This document shows positions 1 to 7,972 of a stretch of 64,000 nt of DNA, in pieces. Made by a program: the position numbers and the translations under genes. The notes below the pieces were generated by a model, which saw only the letters and a list, made by a program, of their open reading frames with translations, was not told where the DNA came from and did not search any database. Source of the DNA: Minisyncoccota bacterium (lineage in GTDB: Bacteria > Patescibacteriota > Minisyncoccia > Phycocordibacterales > WO2-35-19); contig DATDXE010000017.1 in the NCBI GenBank assembly GCA_036517255.1, positions 39,599 through 103,598 of the forward strand, in the 5' to 3' direction. How positions within the stretch are numbered: the first letter of the stretch is position 1; every line of letters begins with the position of its first letter.

Positions 1-183
1 CTTTCTGTCTTCCTTCTCGCCTTCTTTCTCTTAGGCACCCTAGTGAAAGTACATACTTTTTGGAAGCACAGCGACATGAGTTCCAAAGCCCAAGAGCGCA
101 ATGAATTTCTCAAAAATGCCGCCCTTCTCGGCGCTCTTCTCATGTTTCTCTCCGTTCTCGAGCCTTGGAGTTTGTCGTTTTAA
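1..183 (+). CDS. DoxX-family membrane protein, 3' part (truncated by window edge)
   Basis: Frame 1 reads LSVFLLAFFLLGTLVKVHTFWKHSD...NEFLKNAALLGALLMF...*; HxFW and FLKNxALxG motifs are typical of DoxX/SURF4. Confidence 0.75.
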   Translation, partial: LSVFLLAFFLLGTLVKVHTFWKHSDMSSKAQERNEFLKNAALLGALLMFLSVLEPWSLSF

Positions 184-209
184 CTAACCAAGGGTCACCC
201 TTGGTTAGT
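183..209. repeat. Palindrome family A, single unit between convergent genes
   Basis: actaaccaagggt-c-acccttggttagt, 13-bp perfect arms; core ACCAAGGGTCACCCTTGGT at 187-205. Confidence 0.9.
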
Positions 210-540
210 CTTTTAACCCATCGATCTTGCTTGCCAAGATGAAGTCATTTTCTGATAGGCCTGATATTGCGTGTGTGGAAAGACGGATGGTTACCTTCTT
301 ATAATCATGCAAATTAATGTCTGGGTGATGGCCTTCGGCTTCAGCAATCTTACCCACTTCATTTACAAAATTTAGAGCATCCTTGAAATCTTTAAAAACA
401 TAATTTTTCTCCAGCTCTTTGTCCTCGATTAGCATCCAATTTTCATCTACTTCCTCCAGCATTTCTTTAACTTCTATTTTATCAAAAGGCTTGATCTTAC
501 CTTCACATGGTACGCAGTGTTTTTTTGACAAGTCATTCAT
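205..540 (-). CDS. phhB: Pterin-4-alpha-carbinolamine dehydratase
   Basis: CVPCEG, AEAEGHHPDI, LSTHAISGLSENDFILA motifs. Confidence 0.9.
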   Translation of the reverse strand: MNDLSKKHCVPCEGKIKPFDKIEVKEMLEEVDENWMLIEDKELEKNYVFKDFKDALNFVNEVGKIAEAEGHHPDINLHDYKKVTIRLSTHAISGLSENDFILASKIDGLKD

Positions 541-542
541 GG

Positions 543-1259
543 TTACATTTCTTTGTTTCCAGTATGGCTACGTGGCACTCCGAAAGTTATCGGAGCATTC
601 TTAATAGCCTCCAATATTTCGTCGTCGCTATCTGTAAGAACAAATAATGAGAGATCGCTTTTGTCTATCATATTTTCTTTCGACATTTTTTCTTTAAAGA
701 ACGCGACTAGCGGTTCCCAGTACTCTACCCCCACTAAAATGATGGGTACTTGAGATATTTTGAGAGTTTGAACCAGAGTCAATATTTCTGAAAATTCGTC
801 TAAGGTGCCGAATCCTCCCGGGAAGAAGACGTATGCCTCTGCCGAGAAAGAAAGAGCCACCTTCCTACTGAAGAAATGATGGAACATCATTTTACCAGTC
901 AAATATTTGTTAGTTACCTGGCCTTCTGGCAGTTCAATGAGGAGTCCTATTGAATTACCTCCAGCCTCATATGCTCCACGATTACTTGCTTCCATGATGC
1001 CTGGGCCACCACCAGTGACTATTGAATAATGAAGTTCTTCGACTATTCTTTTACCAAGACCACGAGCTTTTTCGTAGTAAGGGTCGTTTTCAGGTGTTCT
1101 AGTCGAACCAAAAACAGTCACTGATTTCGGATAATTTTTTAGAAATTCGAAACCTTCTGAAAATTCTTTCGATATGAGGGCTACTCGATCGAGTGCTATC
1201 TCCGACATCTGTTCGAAGGTGAGAGAGGTAAGTGGTTTTTGATTGTTCCCAGTATCCAT
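543..1259 (-). CDS. LOG-family (TIGR00730-like) nucleotide phosphoribohydrolase
   Basis: VTVFGS, TGGGPGIMEA, PGGFGTLDE motifs. Confidence 0.9.
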   Translation of the reverse strand: MDTGNNQKPLTSLTFEQMSEIALDRVALISKEFSEGFEFLKNYPKSVTVFGSTRTPENDPYYEKARGLGKRIVEELHYSIVTGGGPGIMEASNRGAYEAGGNSIGLLIELPEGQVTNKYLTGKMMFHHFFSRKVALSFSAEAYVFFPGGFGTLDEFSEILTLVQTLKISQVPIILVGVEYWEPLVAFFKEKMSKENMIDKSDLSLFVLTDSDDEILEAIKNAPITFGVPRSHTGNKEM

Positions 1260-1332
1260 TGCAGTGTTTCTTATCTTTGTTAATCTTTAATCAATTGTCG
1301 TTTAATCAATTGTGAGTATAATCATAATCTAT

Positions 1333-1842
1333 ATGAAAAATTTATCAAAAAGGGAGTGGGTAGCTGTCAGCGTCTCTTTGGCTTTCGTGGTCTATATTAT
1401 GTTCGGTAGTACTGTGATGAGCGTCTTTAATAGGTCTTCTCAAGGTGATGTAGCCGCAGTGGAGTCTATCTTTAATAGCAACGATAATCAAAATATAATG
1501 AATGAAAGCGTAGCGGGTGGTGTCATGACACAAGATCTATCTATCGGTTCAGGCCCAGAAATTCGTTCTGGTATGGCTGTTTCTGTTCACTATGTTTTGA
1601 AACTTTCTGATGGCACTTTGATCCAAGATTCTAAAGTTGTTGGTGGGGGAGAGCCGTTCACCTTTCTTTATGGAGCAGGACAGCTTATCCCTGGTTGGGA
1701 GATGGGTATAGAAGGTATGAAAGTCGGTGGCAAGCGCCTTATCACTATCCCTCCTGCTCTCGGCTACGGCTCTCAAGCAGTCGGTCCTATTCCTGCCGAG
1801 TCTACTCTCTTCTTTGAAATCGAAGTAGTCAGCGCAGAGTAG
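1333..1842 (+). CDS. FKBP-type peptidyl-prolyl isomerase with N-terminal membrane anchor
   Basis: VSVHY, LIPGWEMGIEGMKVGGKRLITIPPALGYG, IPAESTLFFEIE. Confidence 0.9.
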   Translation: MKNLSKREWVAVSVSLAFVVYIMFGSTVMSVFNRSSQGDVAAVESIFNSNDNQNIMNESVAGGVMTQDLSIGSGPEIRSGMAVSVHYVLKLSDGTLIQDSKVVGGGEPFTFLYGAGQLIPGWEMGIEGMKVGGKRLITIPPALGYGSQAVGPIPAESTLFFEIEVVSAE

Positions 1843-1879
1843 AGTAGAGACCCTTTCCCTAATATGTTATAATGAGCCA

Positions 1880-2128
1880 ATGAGAAAAAGGCTTATAAAA
1901 TCAAACAAAGGTAAGCATCTCCCTGTCTTTTTAGAAAAAGATGAGGACGGCTTTTATATTGTTGAATGCCCTGTTTTTAGGGGTTGTTATACACAAGGTA
2001 AGACAATAGACGAGGCGCTTACAAATATAAGGGAAGTAATCGATTTGTGTTTAGAGGAGACGGAAAACCAAAAAGTTCTAAAATCATATTTTCCTACCGA
2101 AATAAGTTTGCACACAGTTAGCGTCTAA
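1880..2128 (+). CDS. hicB: HicB-family antitoxin
   Basis: DEDGFYIVECP..GCYTQGKTIDEALTNIREVI motif. Confidence 0.85.
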   Translation: MRKRLIKSNKGKHLPVFLEKDEDGFYIVECPVFRGCYTQGKTIDEALTNIREVIDLCLEETENQKVLKSYFPTEISLHTVSV

Positions 2129-2137
2129 GTATTTAAG

Positions 2138-2356
2138 ATGGGAGACAAAATTCCATCATGGCCGTATAGGAAAGTTGTTAGAAATTTAGAAAAGTTGGGT
2201 TATAAAATAGTACGCCAGAAGGGGAGCCATATCAGAATGTTTTGTTCAGGTAAGGACCCAATCACAGTTCCCGCTAACAGTCCTGTAGCTCGTGGTACTC
2301 TCCGTAAAATTCTCCGTGATATTAATGTTAATCTGTCTGATTTTTTGGATATTTAA
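2138..2356 (+). CDS. hicA: HicA-family mRNA interferase toxin
   Basis: LEKLGY..VRQKGSH, ITVP, GTLRKIL. Confidence 0.85.
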   Translation: MGDKIPSWPYRKVVRNLEKLGYKIVRQKGSHIRMFCSGKDPITVPANSPVARGTLRKILRDINVNLSDFLDI

Positions 2357-2360
2357 TAGG

Positions 2361-4307
2361 TTATATAACTTTAAAATCTAAGTTCTTGCGATCGAGGTCG
2401 GCGGAGGCGAGGCGGACTTTTATTTTGTCGCCTAAAGAGTATTTCTTCTTGGTGCGAATACCGATAACAGCATAATTCTTCTCATCTAGGACATAAGTAT
2501 CGTCCAACATTTCCTTTAGTTTTGCCATACCTTCCGCTTTGGTATTTGGCTCTTCGATATAAATACCCCATTCAGTCACTCCAGAAATGATACCTTCAAA
2601 TTCCTGACCGATTTTGCCCATCATATATTCCACTTGTTTGTATCTTATGCTTTCTCGTTCAGCTTGGGTTCCTGCAATTTCTTTTTCGGTGGCGTCGTCG
2701 CAGATTTTCTGGAGTTCTGCCATTTCATCCTGTCCGATTTTGCCATTGTTTAAATGTTTTTCTAATGTTCGGTGGATCACCAGGTCGGGGTAACGGCGAA
2801 TAGGGGATGTGAAATGGGTGTAATATTCAAAAGCTAGTCCGAAGTGGCCGATATTCTTGGTCGAATAGACTGCTTTAGCCATCGATTTTACAGCCGCTGT
2901 GCGCACTAGCCCTTCGCTTGGATGGCCAGAGAGTTCCATAAGGAGTTCATTTATTTCTCTTGCCGTTATTCCATCTTCTATTTTCAACTCATGGCCCAAG
3001 GCTCTCACAAATATTGCGAGCTCCTGAAGTTTATCCATATTTGGAGAATCGTGTATTCGGAATATAGAAGCTCCGCCACGCTTTTCCAAGTGATCAAATA
3101 TAAATTTGGCTACCTCACGATTGGCGAGAAGCATCCACTCCTCGATCATTTTCATAGTATCGACCCTAGCTTTCTTAAATACTCTGATCGGCTTTCCTGT
3201 TTCATCAAGTTCAAATTTCACTTCTTCCGTTTCAAATTCGATGGCTCCATTTTCTTTATTTTCTTTTCTGTATATTTTCGCTATTCTATCAAGCTCGCTC
3301 AATTCATACCCAAAGTTCTTATCACTTAATTCTTGGTTCTTTATTCTTAGGTCTATTACTTCCTGCGCTTCTTCGTATGAAAATCTTTTATCAGAGTTTA
3401 TGATGCTCTTGCCAAACCAGCGCGACTTCACTTTTCCGCTTTCTTTCTCTAAGTCAAATATGGCTGAAAAGGCTAGGCGGTCCACATTAGGGTTGAGCGA
3501 ACAAAGTCCGTTTGAAAGTATTTCTGGAAGCATGGGTATAGTACGGTCGACAAGGTAAACGGAAAACTCTCTCTTCCTAGCTTCTTTATCTAGTAAGGTG
3601 CCGGGGCGCACAAAATGCGACACATCGGCAATATGCACTCCTATTCTATAAGTATTTTTATCGACTTCTTCAAAAGAAAGGGCATCGTCGAAGTCTTTAG
3701 CATCGACTGGGTCTATGGTGAAGGTAGTCACTCCTCTTATATCTTTACGAAGCTTAGCCTCCTCGCCCATTCTAGCTTCTTCTTTTTTGGCAATTTCCGT
3801 AGCTTCTTTTTCGACTTCAGGAGGGAAGTCATAGATGATACCTTTATCAACAAGAATAGAACGCATCTCTGTCTCATGTAAACCTTTCTTTCCTATTATT
3901 TCTACTATGGTGCCGGAAGGATTTATTTTAGGGTCAGTCCATGCGTCCATTTTTAACAAGGCCTTCATTTCCTCTTTCACTTCAGATGAAGGATTTTTGA
4001 TTTCAATATTTCTGTAGAATTTGAAATCGTCGGGAATAAGTAAAAAGCCAGTAGCCGATTTTTTTATGGTACCCACGAAATCAGTTTTGTTTCGTTTGAT
4101 TATTTTTATTACCCGACCTTTCTTTTTGTCGTATGATTTGCCGGTGATCTCTATTTCCACCTCGTCCCTATTCAGGGCGCAGTTTAGATCCTCTTCAAAA
4201 ATAATCACATTTTCTCCTTCAGCTTCCGTCTCACTTATTAATTCTACAAACCCGGTCGGTTTAGAAGTTATTTTTATTATGCCAGTTTTATTTTCCTGTA
4301 AGTTCAT
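2361..4307 (-). CDS. rnr: Ribonuclease R (RNB family)
   Basis: FTIDPVDAKDFDDA, HIADVSHFV, HFTSPIRRYPDL, C-terminal S1 domain. Confidence 0.93.
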   Translation of the reverse strand: MNLQENKTGIIKITSKPTGFVELISETEAEGENVIIFEEDLNCALNRDEVEIEITGKSYDKKKGRVIKIIKRNKTDFVGTIKKSATGFLLIPDDFKFYRNIEIKNPSSEVKEEMKALLKMDAWTDPKINPSGTIVEIIGKKGLHETEMRSILVDKGIIYDFPPEVEKEATEIAKKEEARMGEEAKLRKDIRGVTTFTIDPVDAKDFDDALSFEEVDKNTYRIGVHIADVSHFVRPGTLLDKEARKREFSVYLVDRTIPMLPEILSNGLCSLNPNVDRLAFSAIFDLEKESGKVKSRWFGKSIINSDKRFSYEEAQEVIDLRIKNQELSDKNFGYELSELDRIAKIYRKENKENGAIEFETEEVKFELDETGKPIRVFKKARVDTMKMIEEWMLLANREVAKFIFDHLEKRGGASIFRIHDSPNMDKLQELAIFVRALGHELKIEDGITAREINELLMELSGHPSEGLVRTAAVKSMAKAVYSTKNIGHFGLAFEYYTHFTSPIRRYPDLVIHRTLEKHLNNGKIGQDEMAELQKICDDATEKEIAGTQAERESIRYKQVEYMMGKIGQEFEGIISGVTEWGIYIEEPNTKAEGMAKLKEMLDDTYVLDEKNYAVIGIRTKKKYSLGDKIKVRLASADLDRKNLDFKVI

Positions 4308-4386
4308 TTAGAGCTTTAAAGTAACACGTTTTTTCCATATCTACAATTAGACGTGACATGATATTTGGAGGGTGTATAATGCAGAC

Positions 4387-4506
4387 ATCTCGGACGGTGC
4401 CCTATGTACCGTCGCAGTCAAGTTGCCGTCACTATAGGGTGATGGTTGTTGTGCCCTCATTTGGACCTCAGTCTCTCAGCAGGATTGGGGTCCACGGGGG
4501 CTTTTT
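4387..4506 (+). ncRNA. Candidate structured non-coding RNA (unassigned)
   Basis: Promoter GTGACA(4353)-16-TATAAT(4375); hairpins 4393-4413 and 4426-4445 with complementary loops; long stem 4453-4501 followed by a T-run. Confidence 0.55.
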
Positions 4507-4547
4507 GTTTGCACTTTTTTCATATATTTGTTAATGTATTTCTCGCA

Positions 4548-4964
4548 ATGCTATCGATACGACTTCAAAGAGTGGGCAGAAAACACGAGCCGTTGTTTAG
4601 GCTCGTTTTGACCGATTCCAAAAATTCCACTAAAAGCGGCAAATTTCTAGAAATACTAGGCTCTTACGATGCCCGCCGATCTGAAAAAGCAGAATTTAAT
4701 AATGAGAAAGTTTTACACTGGATTTCCAAGGGAGCACAGCCGTCTGACACAGTTCACAATCTTTTGTTAAAAAGAAGCCTGATAAAGGGTGAGAAAAGAA
4801 ACGTTCTTTCTAGAAAGCCTGTGCCCCCTAAAGCAGAAGAAGTTACTCCAGTAGTGGAAGCTCCAGTCCTAGAGGCTGTAGTTGAAGCTCCAGTCGCGAC
4901 AGAAGAAGTCGTTCCTCCAGAAACAGCTCTGGTTGAAAATGTTACAGAAGAAGTAGTACAATAA
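4548..4964 (+). CDS. rpsP: 30S ribosomal protein S16 with acidic C-terminal extension
   Basis: MLSIRLQRVGRKHEPLFRLV, GKFLEILGSY, WISKGAQPSDTV; start taken at ATG 4548. Confidence 0.93.
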   Translation: MLSIRLQRVGRKHEPLFRLVLTDSKNSTKSGKFLEILGSYDARRSEKAEFNNEKVLHWISKGAQPSDTVHNLLLKRSLIKGEKRNVLSRKPVPPKAEEVTPVVEAPVLEAVVEAPVATEEVVPPETALVENVTEEVVQ

Positions 4965-5004
4965 AGTTGAAGCCAAAAGGCTATTAAAATTTAAATATAC
5001 GGAA

Positions 5005-5331
5005 ATGGAACAAGATGCACAATTTCTAGAGTTTGTGGTGAAAGCTCTGGTTGACAATCCTCAGGATGTGAGGATAACAAGGACGGTGGATGAGATGGGT
5101 GTCCTCATGTCGCTTGATGTCAACCCTCTGGATATGGGTAAAATAATCGGTCGTGATGGCAATACCGCTAAAGCTATGCGCACTCTTTTGAGAGTGGTCG
5201 GTATGAAAAATAATGCTCGGGTCAATTTGAAAATAAATGAACCAGAAGGTGGCCGCAGACCAGAGCGCAGTGAAAGGAGTGCCAATATGCAGTCAGTGGA
5301 TGACGTGATAAATGATTTGAAGATGGAGTAA
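5005..5331 (+). CDS. khpA: KH-domain RNA-binding protein
   Basis: ALVDNP, DMGKIIGRDG; canonical position after rpsP. Confidence 0.88.
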   Translation: MEQDAQFLEFVVKALVDNPQDVRITRTVDEMGVLMSLDVNPLDMGKIIGRDGNTAKAMRTLLRVVGMKNNARVNLKINEPEGGRRPERSERSANMQSVDDVINDLKME

Positions 5332-5338
5332 TCACTGC

Positions 5339-5980
5339 ATGACTTTCCACATCGTTACACTTTTTCCAGACTCTTTTAAGTCTTATATAAATTCGTCCAT
5401 TATTGGACGAGCTTTGCGTGATGAAAAAATAAAAATAAAATTTTACAATCCGAGGGATTATACAAAAGATAAACACAGAAGAATCGATCGTAAGCCTTAC
5501 GCAGGAGGCCCAGGTATGGTCATCGAAGCCTTACCTGTAATCAAAGCTATTGAAGCAGCGATAAAAAATACCAGGACTTTGAAAATTATTTGGACTTCTC
5601 CATCAGGTAAGCAGTTTGATAATGCTTATGCTGAGAAGGTTTCAAAAAAATTTACAGATATAATAATTATTTGCGGTAGATACGAGGGTATCGATGCTAG
5701 AGTTCGTAAAATTTTTAAGGCAGAACAAATTTCAGTGGGGCCTTTTGTGGTTACGGGAGGGGAGTTGCCAGCTATGATTATCCTCGACACCATTTCGCGT
5801 CGTATTCCTGGAGTGCTTGGGAAAATAGAGTCAGTAGAAGAAAATAGGGTTGCGAGTAGCGATGTCTACACTCGCCCTGAAGTTTTTGAGTATCAAAAGA
5901 AAAAATACAAAGTGCCTAAGATTCTTCTATCTGGACATCAAAAAAATATAGAGGATTGGAAGAAGTCAAAAAATAAATAA
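5339..5980 (+). CDS. trmD: tRNA (guanine37-N1)-methyltransferase
   Basis: TLFP, PYAGGPGMV, ICGRYEGID, TGGELPA, YTRP. Confidence 0.95.
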   Translation: MTFHIVTLFPDSFKSYINSSIIGRALRDEKIKIKFYNPRDYTKDKHRRIDRKPYAGGPGMVIEALPVIKAIEAAIKNTRTLKIIWTSPSGKQFDNAYAEKVSKKFTDIIIICGRYEGIDARVRKIFKAEQISVGPFVVTGGELPAMIILDTISRRIPGVLGKIESVEENRVASSDVYTRPEVFEYQKKKYKVPKILLSGHQKNIEDWKKSKNK

Positions 5981-5997
5981 ATTTTATATCAAAGGCT

Positions 5998-6021
5998 TGG
6001 GCTGGCATCTCTGCCAGCCCG
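5998..6021. terminator. GC-rich hairpin between convergent genes
   Basis: gggctggca-tctc-tgccagccc. Confidence 0.6.
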
Positions 6022-6039
6022 TATGGTATGGTCGCACCG

Positions 6040-6606
6040 TCAGAAGAGGCGAAAAATTTCGCAGTTCTTGGGGGTTTTCGCGCTTGCGAAGTCGTGATGT
6101 GTTTTTCCCTCGATCACCAACCTCATTGCTCGGAGGAATGCTCCGTGGGAGACGATTAGCACGTCTTCATTCTCTTGGACGTCCTTGGTAATTTCCAGCA
6201 CCCTTTTGTGCGCTTCGGAAGCTCTTTCGCAGAGCATCTCGTCGTTCTCGTACCCCTCGGCCTCTTCGATGTACACATGGTCACCGACATTGCGGTACTT
6301 CGTGGCATGTTTCGAGAGTTCACTGTACTTGACCCCCGTGCACACCCCACAGTTTCTCTCGATAAGGATAGGCATTCCGAACATCGGAACACCGAGATGT
6401 ATCTGGCAGGCAAATGCCATAAGCGATGCTCGTTTTAGCGGCGAGGTCAGGATCATCTTGATGTTGTACTCCTGGCCGCTCACAAGCATCACTAATCGTT
6501 GAAGTTGCCCGTATCCGGCCGAGCTTATTTCTGTTTCTCTGCGCCCGTTTAGGATTTTCTTCGCGTTGTCTACATCTTCCGGATGTCGCACCGCGTACAC
6601 CGCCAT
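6040..6606 (-). CDS. Histidine phosphatase superfamily protein
   Basis: VRHP (RHG-like), LTSPLKRA, LIERNCG, LIVSHGAFLR. Confidence 0.85.
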   Translation of the reverse strand: MAVYAVRHPEDVDNAKKILNGRRETEISSAGYGQLQRLVMLVSGQEYNIKMILTSPLKRASLMAFACQIHLGVPMFGMPILIERNCGVCTGVKYSELSKHATKYRNVGDHVYIEEAEGYENDEMLCERASEAHKRVLEITKDVQENEDVLIVSHGAFLRAMRLVIEGKTHHDFASAKTPKNCEIFRLF

Positions 6607-6724
6607 AAAGATCGCCTTCTTTCTGGACCCGAGTCCTTTCTAACTATCTAATTTTTCTTTTATTCCCACAACTTGCAAATTATTTTTACATATGCTATAA
6701 TTTATAGCAGAAAGGGGTTGGACG

Positions 6725-7273
6725 ATGAACGTCTACCAGAAAGTGAGTACTGCCGTTGCTCTGTTTTTGTATCTGCCACTCGCGTTGCAGATACTGAATG
6801 GCGAGGTAACGCAGAACCTCGCTACATGGATCCTCTGGGGAACTCTCGACGGGATCGCGGCCGCTTCTATGTTCAGGAAGGGAGGGAATTGGCATCTTCC
6901 CACTGCTTACGTTGCGGGCTCTGTGTTTACTCTGGTCTGCATGATCAATAAACACATCTTCGCTTGGACATGGTTTGAGACGCTGATCTGCTTTATGGTC
7001 GTCGCCTGTGTAGTCGGATGGAAAATGTCGGGTTCTACACTCGCGACCATCTTGTCGAGTATCGGCACCGCCTTAGCTGGTGTGCCCCAGCTGAAAGATG
7101 CCATAGCTGACCCCACGGCAATGCCGTTTGAGATATACCTCGGTTTTCTCGGGGTGAACATTCTCTCGGTAAAGGGTGGGAAGGACTGGTCAATCAAAGA
7201 ACGGTTCTATCCCATCTGCTGCGGCGTTATCTGCGTAGCGATCGTCGTCGCTTCTGCTCGCAAATTCTTCTAG
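6725..7273 (+). CDS. Multi-pass membrane protein (PQ-loop-like, uncertain)
   Basis: About six hydrophobic segments; GVPQL; own promoter (TTGCAA..TATAAT) and purine-rich RBS. Confidence 0.6.
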   Translation: MNVYQKVSTAVALFLYLPLALQILNGEVTQNLATWILWGTLDGIAAASMFRKGGNWHLPTAYVAGSVFTLVCMINKHIFAWTWFETLICFMVVACVVGWKMSGSTLATILSSIGTALAGVPQLKDAIADPTAMPFEIYLGFLGVNILSVKGGKDWSIKERFYPICCGVICVAIVVASARKFF

Positions 7274-7290
7274 TTTGTTGATCTCGACCC

Positions 7291-7335
7291 AAGGCTCCTC
7301 ACGTGCAAAATGTTATGCGCGCGGAGGAGTCTTTT
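7291..7335 (+). terminator. Terminator-like hairpin, copy 1
   Basis: aaggctcctc...gaggagtctt plus T-run; similar to 7614-7656. Confidence 0.65.
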
Positions 7336-7376
7336 CGTTTGTATCTGTATAGTGTATATTCATCGCGGGAGGTTCT

Positions 7377-7604
7377 ATGTTGATATCTGAAGCGGCTGAC
7401 AAGATTGTTGTCTGTCCACGTTGTGGTTGGAAAGGCCATCTTTCAGAAGTGGCATCTGTGCCTCTCTCTGAACTTCTACCTGAATATCGGGCGACAGAAC
7501 ATCGCTGCCCTGTATCAACCTGTCGTAAGTTACTGGGGTGTTCTAATGCAACGGAAACCCTTTTTGCTGACGGTGTCCAGGTCCAGGAGGCCTCAGCAGT
7601 ATGA
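7377..7604 (+). CDS. Small Cys-motif (Zn-ribbon-like) hypothetical protein
   Basis: CPRC and CPVSTC; GGAGG 5 nt upstream of ATG. Confidence 0.6.
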   Translation: MLISEAADKIVVCPRCGWKGHLSEVASVPLSELLPEYRATEHRCPVSTCRKLLGCSNATETLFADGVQVQEASAV

Positions 7605-7613
7605 AGTCCAATC

Positions 7614-7656
7614 GAGCTCCCTCGTGCATGAAGTTATGTGCACTGGGGAGCTTTCT
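7614..7656 (+). terminator. Terminator-like hairpin, copy 2
   Basis: gagctccc..gtgca-loop-tgcac..ggggagctt. Confidence 0.6.
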
Positions 7657-7694
7657 CGTTGAAAACGTTACTATCCACAAGATAGCTTGACAGC

Positions 7695-7910
7695 TTGACA
7701 AGTAATTCGACTTGACTATAATAGTATTTACTATTGTTCGATTGAGTTACGGAGGAACCAATAGGCAGCTTTTATTACGAGGGATAAAGGGTCACTGCCT
7801 TGTACTATTATTTGTACTATCATTTGTCACTTGATTTCTATTACGCATAAAATAAAATACTAAATTTTTTCCGTTGTGTTCCTTCTAAAAGGAAGGAATA
7901 GCGGGTTTTT
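7695..7910 (+). promoter_or_regulatory. rpoB promoter and structured leader with terminator-like hairpin
   Basis: TTGACA(7695)-16-TATAAT(7717); stems at 7731-7764 and 7764-7799; hairpin 7871-7904 followed by TTTTT. Confidence 0.55.
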
Positions 7911-7972
7911 GTGCGTTTTGGAGCTTCGGATTTTGAGGGGATTTAGTAAATCTAAAAAAATTTTAAATTCAC

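Noticed and set aside
4387-4506. 5S rRNA, SRP RNA or purine riboswitch identity for the ~120-nt RNA
   Set aside because: The diagnostic conserved sequences are not visible, so it is left unassigned.
4446-4547. N-terminal extension of the S16 ORF in the ORF track
   Set aside because: It overlaps the hairpin and terminator region; S16 homology starts at ATG 4548.
7291-7656. Integron attC sites
   Set aside because: GTTATGY lies at the loop rather than the outer end, there is no RYYYAAC partner, and no integrase is in the window.
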